A stretch of 17,250 nt of DNA from Octopus sinensis (lineage: Eukaryota). Under the pieces are notes generated by a model that made no database searches, was not told the origin of the DNA, and worked only from the letters and a program-made list of their open reading frames with translations. This document shows, piece by piece, positions 1 through 10,512 of this stretch (the first letter of the stretch is position 1; the number at the start of each line of letters is the position of its first letter). The stretch spans positions 1 through 17,250 of the forward strand of contig NW_021826048.1 in the NCBI RefSeq assembly GCF_006345805.1, given 5' to 3'. A program made the translations under genes and the position numbers.

Positions 1-410
1 AGAATTGGTCTTTTTGTCCTTCCGGTAGCCTGGTTGAGGTGCATATGCCGAGATGATGGTAGCTTTCCTATGGTGAAGGACTAATCTAATTTTAATTATT
101 CTGTCACTTACTCTGACTACCTCGATTACCTTACCTACCCATTTCTCCGCAAGAAGTATACCCACGCCCCGACCCCGTCAGTGTTCCCTGCCAGAAAATC
201 TTGTACCTGTGTTCCTTGCCTGTGAGGAGCCTAGCAGAACCTCCTCCCACCTTACTTCCTGGATTACAGCATACATCCACACGTCTCCGTTCAGTAGCTC
301 TACAATCTCTCCAGACCTACCTTTCAATGTGCCAACATTGAGCGTGCCAACTCTGACGGTGTGGGAGGTGTGGGCATCAGAGACCCTGGGATGAGGACGG
401 CCGTGTCATG
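1..410 (-). mobile_element. RTE-clade LINE, 5' part of the ORF encoding the APE endonuclease; frameshifted and running off the left edge of the window
   Basis: Manual minus-strand translation from ~400 down to 1 gives HGRPHPRVSDAHTSHTVRVGTLNVGTLKGRSGEIVELL, then IQEVRW, GKEHRYKIFW and GVGILLAEKWVGKVIEVVRVSDRIIKIRLVLHHRKATIISAYAPQPG across frameshifts. The GTLNV, IQE.RW, GVGIL, SDRII and SAYAPQ motifs are typical of RTE/BovB-type endonucleases. It is absent from the ORF track because of the frameshifts. Confidence 0.9.
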
Positions 411-582
411 TACCTGAAAAGAAAGCTTGCATCTGGCAGATTTCATATGGAAACACTAGACTACAACCTGCATACTTTTCACAATTTTTTGCGCTATATG
501 ATCAGATAAACCCTACATAGGTGCTAGTGGGGGAATGGTGTAGTTTCCGGTGTTTGGGTAGAAACATCCGGTATTTGGTGGT

Positions 583-599
583 GGGGGTGGGAGGGTGGG
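583..599 (+). other. Canonical G-quadruplex-forming motif
   Basis: GGGGGTGGGAGGGTGGG has four runs of at least 3 G separated by 1-nt loops. Confidence 0.6.
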
Positions 600-608
600 C
601 GCGAACGA

Positions 609-1186
609 AATCGAAGCAGCTAGTTTGAATACTATCTTTGAAGGGAAAAAATAATAATTAGATAAATGACTGAAGGAAGCCAGAGAGAGAATGAAAGTAA
701 ATAAATAAGAAATACGATGATGAGATACGAGGGGCATATTTTCGGAGGAGAATGGAATAAGCATCGAAGATGGCGTTGAAAGAAAAGATAGAAGAGAGAA
801 ACGAAAGGGGGAACAGATCAAACAAAACGCTTAAAAATATGAAAAGAGCAGGTTGAGATTTTTGACTTAACTGGCCATTTTTGAAATCCGTGTTTTCTCT
901 GAAGGTGTAGCGATTAAATGAGGATGAGATACGATTGCTCACTGGCTTTTATAAGGGAATTAGTGAGGGGGGGCGGAAACACGAGGGGAGAGAGAGAGAG
1001 AGAGAATCGAAGCAACTAGTTTGAGTACTATATTTGAGGGGGAAAATAATAATTAGATAAATGACTGAATGGAAGCCAGAGAGAGAATGAAAGTAAATAA
1101 ATAAGAAATACGATGATGAGATACGAGGGGCATATTTTCGGAGGAGAATGGAATAAGCATCGAAGATGGCGTTGAAAGAAAGGATA
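609..1186. repeat. ~182-bp direct repeat pair (609-790 and 1005-1186, offset 396)
   Basis: Both copies run aatcgaagca(g/a)ctagtttga...gatggcgttgaaagaaa(a/g)gata with only a few substitutions. Confidence 0.9.
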
Positions 1187-1214
1187 AACTTTAAAAATGC
1201 ATGAAGTCGCCATA

Positions 1215-1331
1215 TAAATATATATATATATGTAATATATATATATATATATATACATATATATGTATATATATATATATATATTATATATATGTATATA
1301 TATATTGATATATATATATATATATATAGTA

Positions 1332-1367
<36 letters not shown>

Positions 1368-1379
1368 TTATATATATAC

Positions 1380-1429
<50 letters not shown>

Positions 1430-1543
1430 TATATACCAATATAATATATATACATATATAGATATATATCTATATATATATATAATATATATATATAATA
1501 TATATATATGTATATATATATAATATATATATGTATATATATG

Positions 1544-1576
<33 letters not shown>

Positions 1577-1631
1577 GTATATATTATGTATATATAGATA
1601 TTATATGTTATATATATATATATATATATAG

Positions 1632-1664
<33 letters not shown>

Positions 1665-1810
1665 GTATATATATATGTATATATATATATGTATATATAT
1701 ATATGTATATATATATAATAATATATATGTATATATAATATATATATGTATATATATATATGTATATATATATAATATATATATTATGTATAATATGATA
1801 TATATATATA

Positions 1811-1867
<57 letters not shown>

Positions 1868-2110
1868 TATAATATATATATGTATATAATATATATATAT
1901 GTATATATATATTAATATGTATATATAATAATTGTATATATATATATGTATATATATATTGTATATATATATTATGATATATATATATATATATATATTA
2001 TCTACGATATTATATATATATATATGTATATATATATATACTGTATTATATATATATATGTATATATATATGTATATAGATATATATGATATATATATGT
2101 ATATATATAT
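1215..2110. repeat. Long imperfect (TA)n microsatellite, ~900 bp
   Basis: Near-continuous TA with scattered TG, GA and TAA interruptions. Confidence 0.98.
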
Positions 2111-2166
2111 AAACTTAGAATAACTTAGAAAGGTTTTGGCCAGTATTGGCCCAGGTCATGTCTAAC

Positions 2167-5100
2167 TTAATAGCACCACCTGGTGAAGTCTTTCAGTTCA
2201 GGATTTGGGCACCAAGGCCCATTCGAGCAGAGAGTTATTGTTTGCGGAGACATATCCGGTGTGGGTGGTTTGTCCGGTACTGTTTGAAGGAATTTGTCCA
2301 AAGACTTCTTGAATTTTGTGTGGTCAGTTTCTTTTTGACGTGCCCTGGTGTAATGTTGAAGAGAGCGGTCCAATTGAGGTGAAATAGTTGTGCCGTATTG
2401 TCTTATGTGATGCGATTTAGATTTCTGTTGTGGACGGATGGCACGTGGTCCAAGCCTTTGATGCATTTTGAAGGTGATGCCAACATCATTCGGACAGTGC
2501 TGGTGGAATATTTTCCACATCATACAGATAATGTAGCGTTCACGGCGTCGTGGAGTGAATACATTTCAGCTTCTCTAATCTACCCCAGTAGTCAAGGTCT
2601 GACATGCCATCTATCTTTTTTGTGATTGACCTTTGGGGAGCTTCAATTCTCATAATATTTTGTTTTGTGTAGGGAGACCACAGTGGACAGCAGTATTCAA
2701 GGTGGGGTCAGGCAAAAGTGGAGAAGAGAAGGATAATAGCGTGGGAATCTCTCGACTGGAAGGTTCTGAGAATCCAGGAACACATTCTGCGGGCCATGTC
2801 AACTTTGCTGCTTATATGTGTAGCCCAGCTTATGTTGTTGTCCACTGTTACTCCCCAGGTCTCTGATGTTGTTGGATGCCATGAGAATTTCTCCAGAAGG
2901 AAGAGAGTATGGGAGTTTCAGAGCGTCCTCCCTTCCAAAGTGGATCAGTTCAAATTTGTCTTCATTTAGCAACATGTTATTCTTTTCCGCCCATAGGTCT
3001 GACTGAAGGTTTATTCGGTCATCCACGCCATTGATGACCTTCTGGAGCTTGGAGTCATCAGCGAAGGTTCTGATGTTACTGTGTTTGATGGTATCAGTAA
3101 TATCATTTATGTAGATGATGAAGAGAAGTGGGCCCAACACAGTGCCTTGTGGGACACCACTGCTGACTTTGGCTGGGCTGGATTTGACTCCTTCGACTAC
3201 AACATGTTGGGTTCTGTTAGACAGGAAGCACTTGATCCACTGCAGCAACTTTCCAGTGAACCAATATTGGACAGCTTTCTCAGAAGGATCTTATGATCAA
3301 CCCTGTCAAAGGCCTTGCTGAAATCAAGGTAGATGACATCAGTGTGGAACCTTCTCCCAAGGCTCTCAAAATGTCATCAAAATGATGCAGTAGCTGCGTC
3401 AGGCAATCTCTCCCATTACGGAATCCATGCTGGTTGGGGTTCAGCATATTATGCCTCTCAAGGAAGTGAGTCATACGCGATCTCAGCACTCTCCAAATAC
3501 CTTAATGATATGAGAGGTGTGAGTGAGATTGGACGGTAATTCACGGCAAGCGATTTTTTCCTTTTTTGAAAACTGGGACAACAGACTGGGATAGAAGGTC
3601 CTCTGGTATATATCCAGCATCCAGTGAGTTCCGCCACAGATTGGCTAGAGGGGGTGCAAGTTGGTTTTGACACATCTTCAAGACACAAGCAGGGAACCTA
3701 TCGGGACCTACTGCTGAATTATGCTTCATTTCCTTTATTGCTGCTAAGACATCAGGAGCGCCAAATGTTATGTCCGATAAAGTGTATTGGGGAGTAACAT
3801 CACTGATACAGCCCAGATCAGTCATATCAGGATTGCTGAAAACAGAGCAATATTGTTTCTGCAATATCTCTCCCATGGTTTTGGCATTGTCTTGAAGAGT
3901 ACCATTTTCATCAATCAGAGGGCCAACAGTAGAACCAGTGATTCTGTTTTTTTTGCAAATGAAAAGAACACTTTGGGATTGAGTTTGATCTTCTCAATGG
4001 CCCAGGCCTCTTCAGCTCTTCGCTGACTATTGATGATAGACATCATGTTGTTTTGGAGTTTATGTTTTTTAATCTCTAGCGACGAGATGGCAGTCAGGTT
4101 GGTGTGTTGCTGTTGACAGTATTTCAGCATGTTGATCTTTTTGTTGATTCTTTTAATTTTCCTTATGAGAGATTTTCTATTTCTAGGGATTCGACACTTA
4201 GATTTGTTTGCAGATCTTAATGGGGTGTGTCTTGCACATATGTTCGTGATGGTGTCTACAAGTGACTGCCAGGACTTTTAATGTTAGTGGGTGTGTATGT
4301 GTGCGTGAAGGACCAATCGACTTGTGCAAGATCATTATTGATCGCTTCCCAGTTTGCATTGTGGAAATCCATAGTGTCAAATGGATGAACAGGAGGGATG
4401 ACATTTGTTTTGCATTTTGGCCAGTGAAATCTCAGATCACAGAGAACCATGTCATGGTCGGAGAGTAGGGTTTTCTCCACTGCAATATGTGGATAGTATC
4501 ACAGTGTGATTGCTGAAAATTAAGTTTAAGACGTTTTTGTAACATCTCGTTGGTTCGAGAGTACCAGTTGGGACAAGAAGAAGTCATCCATGAAGTCAAG
4601 AAGCGATTCCACTGCCTCCCTGTCAGGGGTTGAGAGAGAAGAACCTGGCGGCAGACTGTTTGTAGACCAGTCAACCCCGGGAAGGTTGAAGTCTCCCATC
4701 ATTAAAATGTTGTCAGGTTGACACTGCTGAATGAAACACTTTATGCTGTTGAGGCATTCCTTGAAGCATGGTAGGGGCGTGTTTGGGTGGTCTGTTGTAG
4801 AGCCCAACTACTGTTAAGTTGTTGGTTTGACTGAATACAGCGACTGCTTCGCAGTATCCATTCGAAAATATGTTCATGGCTTCTGTTGAGAATGAATCAT
4901 GGACATAAATGGCAGTCCCACCCTTTCTTCTGCCAGCACGATCAGCACGAATGGTTTTGAAATTTTTAACTTTCACCTCGGCTTCCAAGTGGAGGTCACT
5001 AAGTTGGGTTTCAGTGAGGACGAAGAAAGGGATGTGGTTTGGATGGGCATTGACCCAGTCCTCCAGGAATCTTATCTTCCATTTTTGTGTATTGGTGGAA

Positions 5101-5204
5101 GGGCTGATGCCTTGGGCATTAAGCAGAAATGTTGAGGCGAGAGTGGATGGTTTTAATTGTTTTGGTGATTTGTTTATTTGATTGCTTTTTAATGGCATGT
5201 GCAT
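2167..5204 (-). pseudogene. LINE ORF2: APE endonuclease plus reverse transcriptase, ~1000 codons, with multiple frameshifts and a nonsense codon
   Basis: APE motifs: FLLNAQG, VLTETQL, RADRAGRRKGGTAIYV, MGDFNLPGVDW, SDHDMV. RT motifs: NYRPISLT, NQHGFRNGRDCLTQLL, YLDFSKAFDRVDH (~3295-3340), GVPQGTVLGPLLFIIYINDI, FADD (3054-3065). There is an in-frame TGA at 2708-2710 in A*PHLEYCCPLWSP. Confidence 0.93.
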
Positions 5205-5811
5205 GGGGTATTTGTGGTGGATGGTGGTGGGTGATAGCTCGGATGTTTTTTTCCAGTTCTTTTGCTAGATTCATCATAGCTAAAAAAGAGGAAGAAGAGG
5301 TGGTTTCCTGTCTAGGGAACCGCAGGTGGACTGTGGCCGCGGCTATTTTTATGTGAGTGGTTATCTTTAAATGTCCGACGAGTCCCCGGGAGATGGGTAA
5401 AGGGGCAATCCCTGTGCAGACACAATCTGTCTCGCTGGGAATAGCGGCAGATTTGGGGATTCCTTGTTTGAGATATTGGTGGTTGTGGTGGTGTTGTATT
5501 ATGGTGGTGGTTGCTGTTGTAGTTTGTGGGGATAGAGCGTTTTGTTCAGGTAACTGGGTGAATTTGCAGTCTCTATCAGTGCACAGTCTATGGCGAAGAG
5601 AATATCGGCAAATGATGGGGTTTCGAGTGTGTGTGTAGGTGCGTGTGTGTGTGTGAGTTGTGAAAGGTGTAGATGATGGTTTGTTGAAGTTTTGGCGACC
5701 TTTGTGACCTGTAGGAGGTAAATTCCTTGAGATAGCATTAGTAGTAGTTGTAGTAGTAGTAGTAGGTAGAAGAGATGTTGACAGTGGTAATGATTGAGGA
5801 GGTCGATTCCA
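5119..5811 (-). pseudogene. LINE ORF1 3' remnant with two tandem CCCH-type zinc fingers
   Basis: Manual translation gives [27 protein letters not shown] (~5625-5548) and, after a 1-nt frameshift, [31 protein letters not shown] (~5465-5375). Both have C-x8-C-x4-C-x3-H spacing, with H replaced by Q in finger 1. The 3' end overlaps the start of ORF2. Confidence 0.75.
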
Positions 5812-5923
5812 ATATATATATATATGTATATATATATGTATATATATATATAGTATATATATATAATATATGATGTATATATAATATATATATATGTATG
5901 TATATATATATATATATATATGT

Positions 5924-5988
<65 letters not shown>

Positions 5989-6019
5989 GTATATATATGT
6001 ATATATATATATATATATG

Positions 6020-6064
<45 letters not shown>

Positions 6065-6154
6065 ATTATATGTATATATATATATATATGATATATATAT
6101 TATATATATATGTATATATATATGTATATGTATATATATATGTATATGTATATG

Positions 6155-6186
<32 letters not shown>

Positions 6187-6280
6187 TATAATATATGTAT
6201 ATATATATGTATATATATATATATATGTATATATATATAATGTATATATATATTATGTATATATATATATATGTATATAT
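5812..6280. repeat. Imperfect (TA)n microsatellite, ~470 bp
   Basis: Direct reading. It separates the truncated LINE 5' end from the satellite. Confidence 0.98.
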
Positions 6281-8085
6281 CCCCCATATATTATCGTTAT
6301 CCTTCGTCTCAAATGCAAGCTGAAGCATATAAACTTTCGCTCACAAAAACTTATTCACACGACCGCAAAAAAAAAAAAAAAACATCTCGTCTCAAATCTG
6401 GTCTTTCTGTCGCTTAATTCTCTAACCCATCTTTCCCAACTTACACTCATAGAAAATTATGCACACGACCGCAAACCTTTCCATCTCAAATCTTGCCTTT
6501 CTTACTGCCGCCTAAATCTCGTCTTCTCCCAGTGCGCAATGTCGTTTTTGCCCCTCTGTTATCACCATGTCTCTCTCCCTCCCTCTCTCTCTCTCTCTTT
6601 CTCTGCGGTGTCGTTTTCTCCCTCTGTTATCGCTGTCTCTCTCTCTCTCTATATATATATATATTTCACTTTCACTCGCTGCCACAGGCTTCTACCCACA
6701 CCTCCGCTCCCCCTCCCCTATAAAACCCTACGCACATCGCTGTCTCTCTCTCTCTCTATATATATATATTTCACTTTCACTCGCTGCCACAGGCTTCTAC
6801 CCACACCTCCGCTCCCCCTCCCCTATAAAACCCTACGCACGAGGCTTGACCGCCTATTATTGCTTTCCTCTGGCTATAACACACGAACTACGAAGAACTG
6901 CAGGATGATGATAATATCAGCTAAGTCATATTTAAGTTCACGACCTGTCCCTCTTTCATTGTTTTTGCAAGTATTATTATCACCATCAAGCCTTATTATT
7001 GTGTCCCCCATATATTATCGTTATCCTTCGTCTCAAATGCTAGCTGAAGCATATAAACTTTCGCTCACAAAAACTTATTCACACGACCGCAAAAAAAAAA
7101 AAAAACATCTCGTCTCAAATCTGGTCTTTCTGTCGCTTAATTCTCTAACCCATCTTTCCCAACTTACACTCATAGAAAATTATGCACACGACCGCAAACC
7201 TTTCCATCTCAAATCTTGCCTTTCTTACTGCCGCCTAAATCTCGTCTTCTCCCAGTGCGCAATGTCGTTTTTGCCCCTCTGTTATCACCATGTCTCTCTC
7301 CCTCCCTCTCTCTCCTCTCTTTCTCTGCGGGTCGTTTTTTCTCCCTCTGTTATCGCTGTCTCTCTCTCTCTCTATATATATATATATTCACTTTCACTCG
7401 CTGCACAGGCTCTACCCACACCTCCGCTCCCCCTCCCCTATAAAACCCTACGCACATCGCTGTCTCTCTCTCTCTCTATATATATATATTTCACTTTCAC
7501 TCGCTGCCACAAGCTTCTACCCACACCTCCGCTCCCCCTCCCCTATAAAACCCTACGCACGAGGCTTGACCGCCCTATTATTGCTTTCCTCCTGGCTATA
7601 ACACACGAACTACGAAGAACTGCAGGATGATGAATAATATCAGCTAAGTCATATTTAAGTTCACGACCTGTCCCTCTTTCATTGTTTTTGCAAGTATTAT
7701 TATCACCATCAAGCCTTATTATTGTGTCCCCCATATATTATCGTTATCCTTCGTCTCAAATGCTAGCTGAAGCATATAAAACTTCGCTCACAAAAACTTA
7801 TTCACACGACCGCAAAAAAAAAAAAAAAAAAACATCTCGTCTCAAATCTGGTCTTTCTGTCGCTTAATTCTCTAACCCATCTTTCCCAACTTACACTCAT
7901 AGAAAATTATGCACACGACCGCAAACCTTTCCATCTCAAATCTTGCCTTTCTTACTGCCGCCTAAATCTCGTCTTCTCCCAGTGCGCAATGTCGTTTTTG
8001 CCCCTCTGTTATCACCATGTCTCTCTCCCTCCCTCTCTCTCTCTCTCTTTCTCTGCGGTGTCGTTTTCTCCCTCTGTTATCGCTG

Positions 8086-8116
<31 letters not shown>

Positions 8117-8806
8117 TTCACTTTCACTCGCTGCCACAGGCTTCTACCCACACCTCCGCTCCCCCTCCCCTATAAAACCCTACGCACATCGCTGTCTCTC
8201 TCTCTCTATATATATATATATTTCACTTTCACTCGCTGCCACAAGCTTCTACCCACACCTCCGCTCCCCCTCCCCTATAAAACCCTACGCACGAGGCTTG
8301 ACCGCCCTATTATTGCTTTCCTCCTGCTATAACACACGAACTACGAGAACTGCAGGATGATGAATAATATCAGCTAAGTCATATTTAAGTTCACGACCTG
8401 TCCCTCTTTCATTGTTTTTGCAAGTATTATTATCACCATCAAGCCTTATTATTGTGTCCCCCATATTATCGTTATCCTTCGTCTCAAATGCTAGCTGAAG
8501 CATATAAACTTTCGCTCACAAAAACTTATTCACACGACCGCAAAAAAAAAAAAAAACATCTCGTCTCAAATCTGGTCTTTCTGTCGCTTAATTCTCTAAC
8601 CCATCTTTCCCAACTTACACTCATAGAAAATTATGCACACGACCGCAAACCTTTCCATCTCAAATCTTGCCTTTCTTACTGCCGCCTAAATCTCGTCTTC
8701 TCCAGTGCGCAATGTCGTTTTTGCCCCTCTGTTATCACCATGTCTCTCTCCTCCCTCTCTCTCTCTCTCTTCTCTGCGGTGTCGTTTTCTCCCTCTGTTA
8801 TCGCTG

Positions 8807-8837
<31 letters not shown>

Positions 8838-10123
8838 TTCACTTTCACTCGCTGCCACAGGCTTCTACCCACACCTCCGCTCCCCCTCCCCTATAAAACC
8901 CTACGCACATCGCTGTCTCTCTCTCTCTATATATATATATATTTCACTTTCACTCGCTGCCACAGGCTTCTACCCACACCTCCGCTCCCCCTCCCCTATA
9001 AAACCCTACGCACGAGGCTTGACCGCCCTATTATTGCTTTCCTCCTGGCTATAACACACGAACTACGAAGAACTGCAGGATGATGAATAATATCAGCTAA
9101 GTCATATTTAAGTTCACGACCTGTCCCTCTTTCATTGTTTTTGCAAGTATTATATCACCATCAAGCCTTATTATTGTGTCCCCCATATATTATCGTTATC
9201 CTTCGTCTCAAATGCGACCGCAAACCTTTCCATCTCAAATCTGCCTTTCTTACTGCCGCCTAAATCTCGTCTTCTCCCAGTGCGCAATGTCGTTTTTGCC
9301 CCTCTGTTATCACCATGTCTCTCTCCTCCCTCTCTCTCTCTCTCTTTCTCTGCGGTGTCGTTTTCTCCCTCTGTTATCGCTGTCTCTCTCTCTCTCTATA
9401 TATATATATATTTCACTTTCACTCGCTGCCACAGGCTTCTACCCACACCTCCGCTCCCCCTCCCCTATAAAACCTACGCACATCGCTGTCTCTTCTCTCT
9501 ATATATATATATATTCACTTTCACTCGCTGCCACAAGCTTCTACCCACACCTCCGCTCCCCCTCCCCTATAAAACCCTACGCACGAGGCTTGACCGCCCT
9601 ATTATTGCTTTCCTCCTGGCTATAACACACGAACTACGAAGAACTGCAGGATGATGAATAATATCAGCTAAGTCATATTTAAGTTCACGACCTGTCCCTC
9701 TTTCATTGTTTTTGCAAGTATTATTATCACCATCAAGCCTTATTATTGTGTCCCCCATATATTATCGTTATCCTTCGTCTCAAATGCTAGCTGAAGCATA
9801 TAAACTTTCGCTCACAAAAACTTATTCACACGACCGCAAAAAAAAAAAAAAAAAACATCTCGTCTCAAATCTGGTCTTTCTGTCGCTTAATTCTCTAACC
9901 CATCTTTCCCAACTTACACTCATAGAAAATTATGCACACGACCGCAAACCTTTCCATCTCAAATCTTGCCTTTCTTACTGCCGCCTAAATCTCGTCTTCT
10001 CCCAGTGCGCAATGTCGTTTTTGCCCCTCTGTTATCACCATGTCTCTCTCCCTCCCTCTCTCTCTCTCTCTTTCTCTGCGGTGTCGTTTTCTCCCTCTGT
10101 TATCGCTGTCTCTCTCTCTCTCT
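6281..10123. repeat. Complex tandem satellite, block A, with a ~720-730-bp unit
   Basis: Units start at cccccatat(att)atcg at 6281, 7005, 7728, 8458, 9180 (572-bp deletion variant) and 9752 (partial, runs into TA at ~10124). Each full unit holds an A16-19 run, (CT)n and (CT)n(AT)n microsatellites and a ~105-bp internal duplication. Confidence 0.97.
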
Positions 10124-10143
10124 TATATATATATATATGGAGT

Positions 10144-10188
<45 letters not shown>

Positions 10189-10238
10189 TATATGTATAAT
10201 ATATATATATGTATATATTATGGTATATATATATATGA

Positions 10239-10271
<33 letters not shown>

Positions 10272-10378
10272 GAATAATATATATATATATATATGGTATA
10301 TATATTATATATAGTATATATATATATATATATATGTATATATAATGTATATGTATAATTATATGTATATGGATTATG

Positions 10379-10410
<32 letters not shown>

Positions 10411-10512
10411 GTATAATATATATGTATATAATATGTATATATATATATTATATGTATATATATATATATGTATATATATATATAGGTATTATATAATATA
10501 TGTATTATATAT
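10124..10512. repeat. Imperfect (TA)n microsatellite, ~390 bp, splitting the satellite
   Basis: It begins exactly at the internal (CT)n(AT)n of unit 6 and ends at the same unit start position as the tract at 5812-6280. Confidence 0.97.

Larger units (their letters stand above)
2111..5811 (-). mobile_element. CR1-group non-LTR retrotransposon (LINE), 5'-truncated within ORF1 and inactive as assembled
   Basis: APE and RT ORF2 plus an upstream zinc-finger ORF1 remnant. The 3'UTR is very short and ends in a tandem 10-mer (minus strand TTCTAAGTTA TTCTAAGTTT, 2111-2130). The C-terminal FKKSLDKFLQTVPDKP is typical of CR1-like ORF2. Both ends abut (TA)n, so no target-site duplication can be resolved. 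Confidence 0.9.

Noticed and set aside
555-980. Short matches to the satellite on the minus strand (ttctaccca; ccgcccccct...tataaaa)
   Set aside because: 9-mer and low-complexity matches of this size are expected by chance between sequences of this length and composition.
949-2123. ORFs rich in Y/I (also at 5738-6328, 13944-14497 and elsewhere)
   Set aside because: They are translations of (TA)n, which lacks stop codons in alternating frames. There is no coding signal.
2146-5638. Plus-strand ORFs overlapping the LINE
   Set aside because: They are antisense shadows of ORF1 and ORF2 with no independent motifs.
6904-6986. 12/13-bp inverted repeat gatgatgataata / tattatcaccatc
   Set aside because: It is low-complexity AT/GAT sequence, and most other units carry an extra A that disrupts it.
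6281-7047. Hammerhead ribozyme (retrozyme-like satellite) or box C/D snoRNA in the monomer
   Set aside because: I found no CTGANGA core on either strand by eye; the nearest is ctgaagc. ATGATGA at 6905 and CTGA at 7044 lack a convincing terminal stem. An Infernal/Rfam scan would settle it.
6110-7630. 506-aa ORF and the other recurring ORFs across the satellite
   Set aside because: It starts in a TA tract. Continuity depends on variable microsatellite and poly(A) lengths and is broken differently in each unit. No domain is recognisable.
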